NCBI GenBank assembly: GCA_027923505.1
Contig: BROI01000014.1
Span: 62,001 to 126,000 of the forward strand
Origin: Mayamaea pseudoterrestris
Lineage: Eukaryota
DNA length: 64,000 nucleotides
Direction: 5' to 3'
Shown: one piece after another, positions 59,601-64,000 of the stretch
Layout of the letters: each line of letters opens with the position of its first letter
Numbering within the stretch: the stretch's first letter is position 1
Notes under the pieces: generated by a model
Databases searched by the model: none
What the model saw: the letters and a program-made list of their open reading frames with translations, nothing else
Told to the model about the DNA's origin: nothing
Made by a program: the position numbers and the translations under genes

Positions 59601-61068
59601 AAGGCACTGGTGTTGGTCGCGGCGAAGGCACTGGTGTTGGTCGCGGTGAAGGCACTGGTGTGGGACGAACTGGAGGGGCCACTGGCGACGGTGGAGCCAC
59701 AGGCGAAGGTGGAGCCACCGGTGATGGTGGGGCCACAGGCGAAGGTGGGGCCACAGGCGAAGGTGGGGCCACTGGCGAAGGTGGGGCCACTGGTGATGGT
59801 GGAGCCACTGGAGACGGTGGCGCCACTGGTGACGGCGGGGCCACTGGAGACGGCGGAGCCACTGGAGACGGCGGCGCAACTGGTGACGGCGGAGCCACCG
59901 GTAATGGCGTCGGACGTGGCGACGTTCCTGGGGAGGGTCTTGAAGTCAAAACAGGCATTCGGGTAGGAGTAATCGTTGGTCCAATGCCAGGAGTTGGTAC
60001 TTTGCTGCCAACGCCTCTCGCAGGCTGTTCACTTGGAGCTTTCGTCGACGGGGCAGTGGGTCGCGGTGTCGGAACTGGAGTCGGTCTAGGTGTCGGAACT
60101 GGTGTGGGTCTCGCTGTAACCGGCGGCAAGGTTGGAACAGGCGTCGGGCGCGGTGAAGGCACTGGTGTTGGTCTCGGCGCCGGTGGAATGACTGGGCCCT
60201 TGGTTGATGGTGCCGTTGGTCTCGGAGTGGGACGGAATGTCGGGCGAAACGTTGGACCACCGCCTCCGGCTGGCTTGCTTGTACCCACTCCCATGGCTGG
60301 CTGCTGTGTCGGCAACGGAGCGGGAGCTTTCGTGGAAGGAGCGGTAGGCCTGGGCGTCGGGACTGGCGTCGGTCTGGGCGTCGGAATACCAGAAGGTCTT
60401 GGCGTTGGAATTCCAGTCGGTCTAGGAGTCGGAACGCCTGAGGGTCTGGGAGTCGGGATGCCAGACGGTCTTGGTGTAGGAATTCCAGTCGGTCTGGGAG
60501 TCGGGATGCCGGTTGGTCGTGGCGTCGGAACCCCGGTAGGTCGAAGAGTCGGGAACCGTGTGGCAGGTGGCAACGTTGGACCTTTCGTCGACGCAGTCGT
60601 CGGACGCGGAGATGGTACCGGAGTTGGGCGTAGAGTACTGACTGGTGGAGAGGTAGGTACAATCGGCATTAGTGTCGGCAACGGTGCTGGTGCTTTCGTC
60701 GAAGGAGCAGTGGGTATGGGTGTCGGACGACGGGTCGGGAATGACGAGAATGGTGGAAAAGTTGGAACTGGAGTCGGACGAGGTGACACTCCTGGAGTAG
60801 GTCTTGGAGTTGGAGCAGGAGTCTGCATTGACATTGACATGGAACCGGCAAAGTCGCTGACGATTCTGTCAAGGAAATCTTCCGTGTCAGTGTCCATTTC
60901 CGTGCCTCCTGTGGCCGAGTACGTCGTCGAGATGCCACCGTCAGTATTGGCAGACTGCAGAATGAACAAGTTTCTCGCATCTTGATCCTGTCTGCCTTCT
61001 GCAGCCGCGCCTGCTGCATTGACACTCAGGAGCCCGAGGAGAAGCACTCGAGATGCAAAGTGTAGCAT
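56694..61068 (-). CDS. Paralogous secreted Pro/Thr-rich and Lys/Gly-rich (KxxK) protein with the same C-terminal domain
   Basis: Signal MLHFASRVLLLGLLSVNAAG, RNL, GSMSMSM, PTPRPT, (VAPPSP)n, KGSK/KSPK/KGGK and GDPGAKKTK repeats. Phase-1 intron 57575-57497. Exon 2 KCSG..LRYVY..KPC..QCSDSNGGP..SLLTQYG aligns to 54062-54822. Confidence 0.82.
59520..59900 (-). repeat. 18-bp coding repeat (VAPPSP)n
   Basis: About 12 consecutive PVAPPS units plus a second short run, with synonymous variation. Confidence 0.85.
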
Positions 61069-64000
61069 GGTGTAAGGTGTTGTTGCTGGTCGATGGCCAA
61101 GATGAACGTTTGATGTGATGAGTAGTTGGAGCTCGTCGGTTCACCTCTGTTCGTCGAAGTCGAAATATCGAAATAATGAAGATGGAAGTTTGGGTTGCCC
61201 GGCTACGCCACATGCCGGCAGCGATGCTGTTCATTATGTGGTAGCTTTCGCCAGAAAGTATACTTAGACGACAACCACGAGCGAGGCAGTTCCCAACCGC
61301 TTAAATACTGAAATAGCGATGTAAGTAATCATCATGAAACGGCGCTGTATATAACGTCTTCGAGCTCTCGCGGAACTGCAACGGACCGTTCACTGTTTGT
61401 TGATAGAAGTGCACACAATCATAAGTAGGTGTGGCGCATGGTATCCTTTCGAAACGCTCATGCATCGCGCACCTGGAGGGAGTCCAATTGTTTTATCAAT
61501 AACAGGGTTGAGCTGCATTACGTGCACGTTTTTCATCGTAATTTCTTGTTAATACAGGGTAGTTTTGTAAGCAACATACTATAGACATGCTCCGATGGCA
61601 TGCGTGTTGCAAAGGCGTCCGCCATGGTCGTTTTCGATGGGTCATGGAGACATCGCGCGTCATTATGATTTTTGGAGAGCGTTACTTAGCGAATTAACGC
61701 AAGGGGCATAACTCAGGTTGGACGTTGAGGAACGTTCGCCCTGAACTGTCGAGCCGGCCTCGCTTGTTATCATGCCGTTGCGACATTAAACTTCTTGCTT
61801 CTTGCCCTCGCCTCGCATCTCGCATCAGCTGCTTGTTCAAGTTCTTGCTTCTTGCCCTCGCCTCGTCGCATCAGCTGCTTGCTTTCCATTGACTGTGAAG
61901 CCATAAAATGCCACTCGAACTTTCGCTTTGTTTTAGATCGATGCGATATTCTAAATACACATGCTCGTAAATTTCTAGTAAGAATCGGGACACATCTACG
62001 CAATGCCTTCTGTTCAACAGCAAACGACACTGACATTAGGCAGCCACCTTGACACCATTAGCGGAGCGGCACAGTTGCTCGTCAACAAATGACCTTACCA
62101 GTCTGCGGTGGATGGGCGTCCATGCAATTCCTACTACGCGCACAACATGACGACTCTTAAAAAACGTTGAAACATAACCGTGCTTTGCTTGCGAGTGCTC
62201 TGGGAACCTGGAACACCACTATCATGTCCACGTACAAGAGACTTGCTTTTAAAAGCGGACCTTACAAGCAATTCGACCTTTATGTGGAGTCTGAGTCACC
62301 ATGGAAGGAACGGAGCTCTTGCAGGTTAACAATTGGTATCAAGGCGCGGCAGCTGCTATTCGAGGACGACATGACAATCCATGCTGAGAATGCTATCAAC
62401 AGATCCGGCTGTCGACGAAATGAGGCAAGAAGCCACTTACTGCAGACGAATCATGCAATGCCATGTTGATACTATCGCCGCAAACCTTGAGACAGCAGAC
62501 ATGAACTTGCTCTGCTATGCGATCAGTCTTTCAAGAGGATGCAACTTTGAGAATTAGATGAAGAGCGTTGCAAATTGCTCCATCTTGCGTATGCTGAGAG
62601 ACTTACAGGTCGGATCAAGTTGGCAATACTGACGGCGGTGGCGTCGTCTGTGGTTTCAAATGGCACCGCGAGCGGTTCTGCTTCTGTCCGCATGTTTGGC
62701 GCAATGGGAAGCACGACGCCTACAAGCTCTCTGCCGACTGCCGGGCATGTCCGGCATCAACAAAATTAATGTGCACCATTTGCTATTCAACACGCATCAA
62801 TCATAAAATACAAAATCTTCATTGTGCAGCCGATGCTGTGCTGAATTTTTTCAGCTGCTCAACCTGTAATGCAAACCTCCACTGCGGACCAATGCTTGTT
62901 CGTGGTGCACTCTCAATACACTTGTGCATGCATTCATTGTTATGCCGACGCGTTGGAGAGCGGGCACGTTGCCGAATGGCTCTCCCGGTGCTCCGGAGTG
63001 GTTGCTAAGAGGTACTTGCAGTGCGTGGCATCCTGCATGGGTCTCCCTTTGAAATGCGTGCTTGTTAACTGGCGCTTGGGAGCAGCTCCTAGGCGTTGAC
63101 AACCTGAATGGCAAACATAAAAAGCCTGCTTAGCGCCAGTGCGTTGAGAGAGCAGCTCCTGCCATCGAAAATGCTGCTTTGAGTGCTTGAAATTCGATGA
63201 GATGATTTTTTACAACGTTTGCGATCGGTTTGGAGCACCGTTGGCTGGGTTGGCGGACTCATTTGGCGACAGGAACCAGCACGGGGCAGTCATTCATCGT
63301 GTTACAGGTGCATGTGGTGCTGCTGCTGCTGCTGCTGCGTGATCCGGTGGGAATGAGCTTTTTGATGTTGAACTTTGGCTATCTTGCCGAGCGAGAAGCT
63401 CACGAAGCGATAATCTCGCCTGTCGTTAACATGGGTACATTGATGTCAAACACACGTTGGGGGCTGAACAATGTCGCAATCAAGGCTCGGGTGACTTCCG
63501 TGCTGCATTCAAGGCTCACTATTCGCAGAATCCAGTGATGCAGCTTGCACAAGCCCTGTTCCCCCAGATAGGCGCTCAAGTTGTACTGGAGGTAAAAATA
63601 GTGGGTTGCGGCAAGAACTTGCTCCATATCGACATTGACTGCTTGAGAACAAAGTTCGAATTACAGCACACATGAGCGTTAAGTTTGTTAGGCAATGCAT
63701 GTACTCTCATGGATGATTTTGTCAAAAGCGATCATCACCGGGAACAGTGGGAGTCGTGACTAGAATGATCACCAACCCTAACGCATTGATGTGGTGCATG
63801 TAGAAGCAATCCCCTTATGGTGCAAGCTGACAATCAATTAAAAGTTCCAATGCACGAACCTTCCAGTGGCGACTCAGTCTCCATGGATGGAGGAGTCATG
63901 TTAAAGTCATCGACTTTGCCTCGCCAAGCCACGAGCAGAACCAAAAAGGCCTGGAAAAGCTCAATTTTAGAATGGGTTTTTATTATTGTTAGTTTTTAAC

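Noticed and set aside
57422..60985. Long plus-strand ORFs of 680 and 498 aa
   Set aside because: Antisense shadows of the low-complexity minus-strand gene, which has a signal peptide, an intron and a paralog.
61300..64000. Possible decayed coding sequence or TE remnant near the window end
   Set aside because: Only short stop-interrupted frames with no motif I can identify.

Overview
Eukaryotic DNA with short GT-AG introns. Bipartite plastid presequences and the gene families present point to a pennate diatom (inferred). Left to right: (1) a LEA-like repeat protein; (2) a Cys/His-domain gene split in mid-exon by a full-length, ORF-intact 9.7-kb non-LTR retrotransposon (APE-RT-RNase H, Ambal-like) with a 16-bp target-site duplication, a (TTA)n tail and tandem ~175-bp 5'-UTR monomers; (3) plastid-type UDP-sugar pyrophosphorylase, a plastid DnaJ-type zinc-finger protein, a THAQKYF MYB factor, and a PH-domain kinesin-14 with degenerate ATPase motifs; (4) two related 2.0-kb long-TIR elements in inverted orientation; (5) a ~27-kb cluster of three secreted Pro/Thr/Ser- and Lys-rich mucin/silaffin-like genes. 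The largest of these (~4,800 aa, membrane anchored) has 18 phase-0 exons, all multiples of 12 nt encoding only xPTK-type tetrapeptides, separated by mutually homologous ~90-nt introns, followed by ~63 near-identical 144-bp coding repeats. All calls are by eye; no database searches were run.
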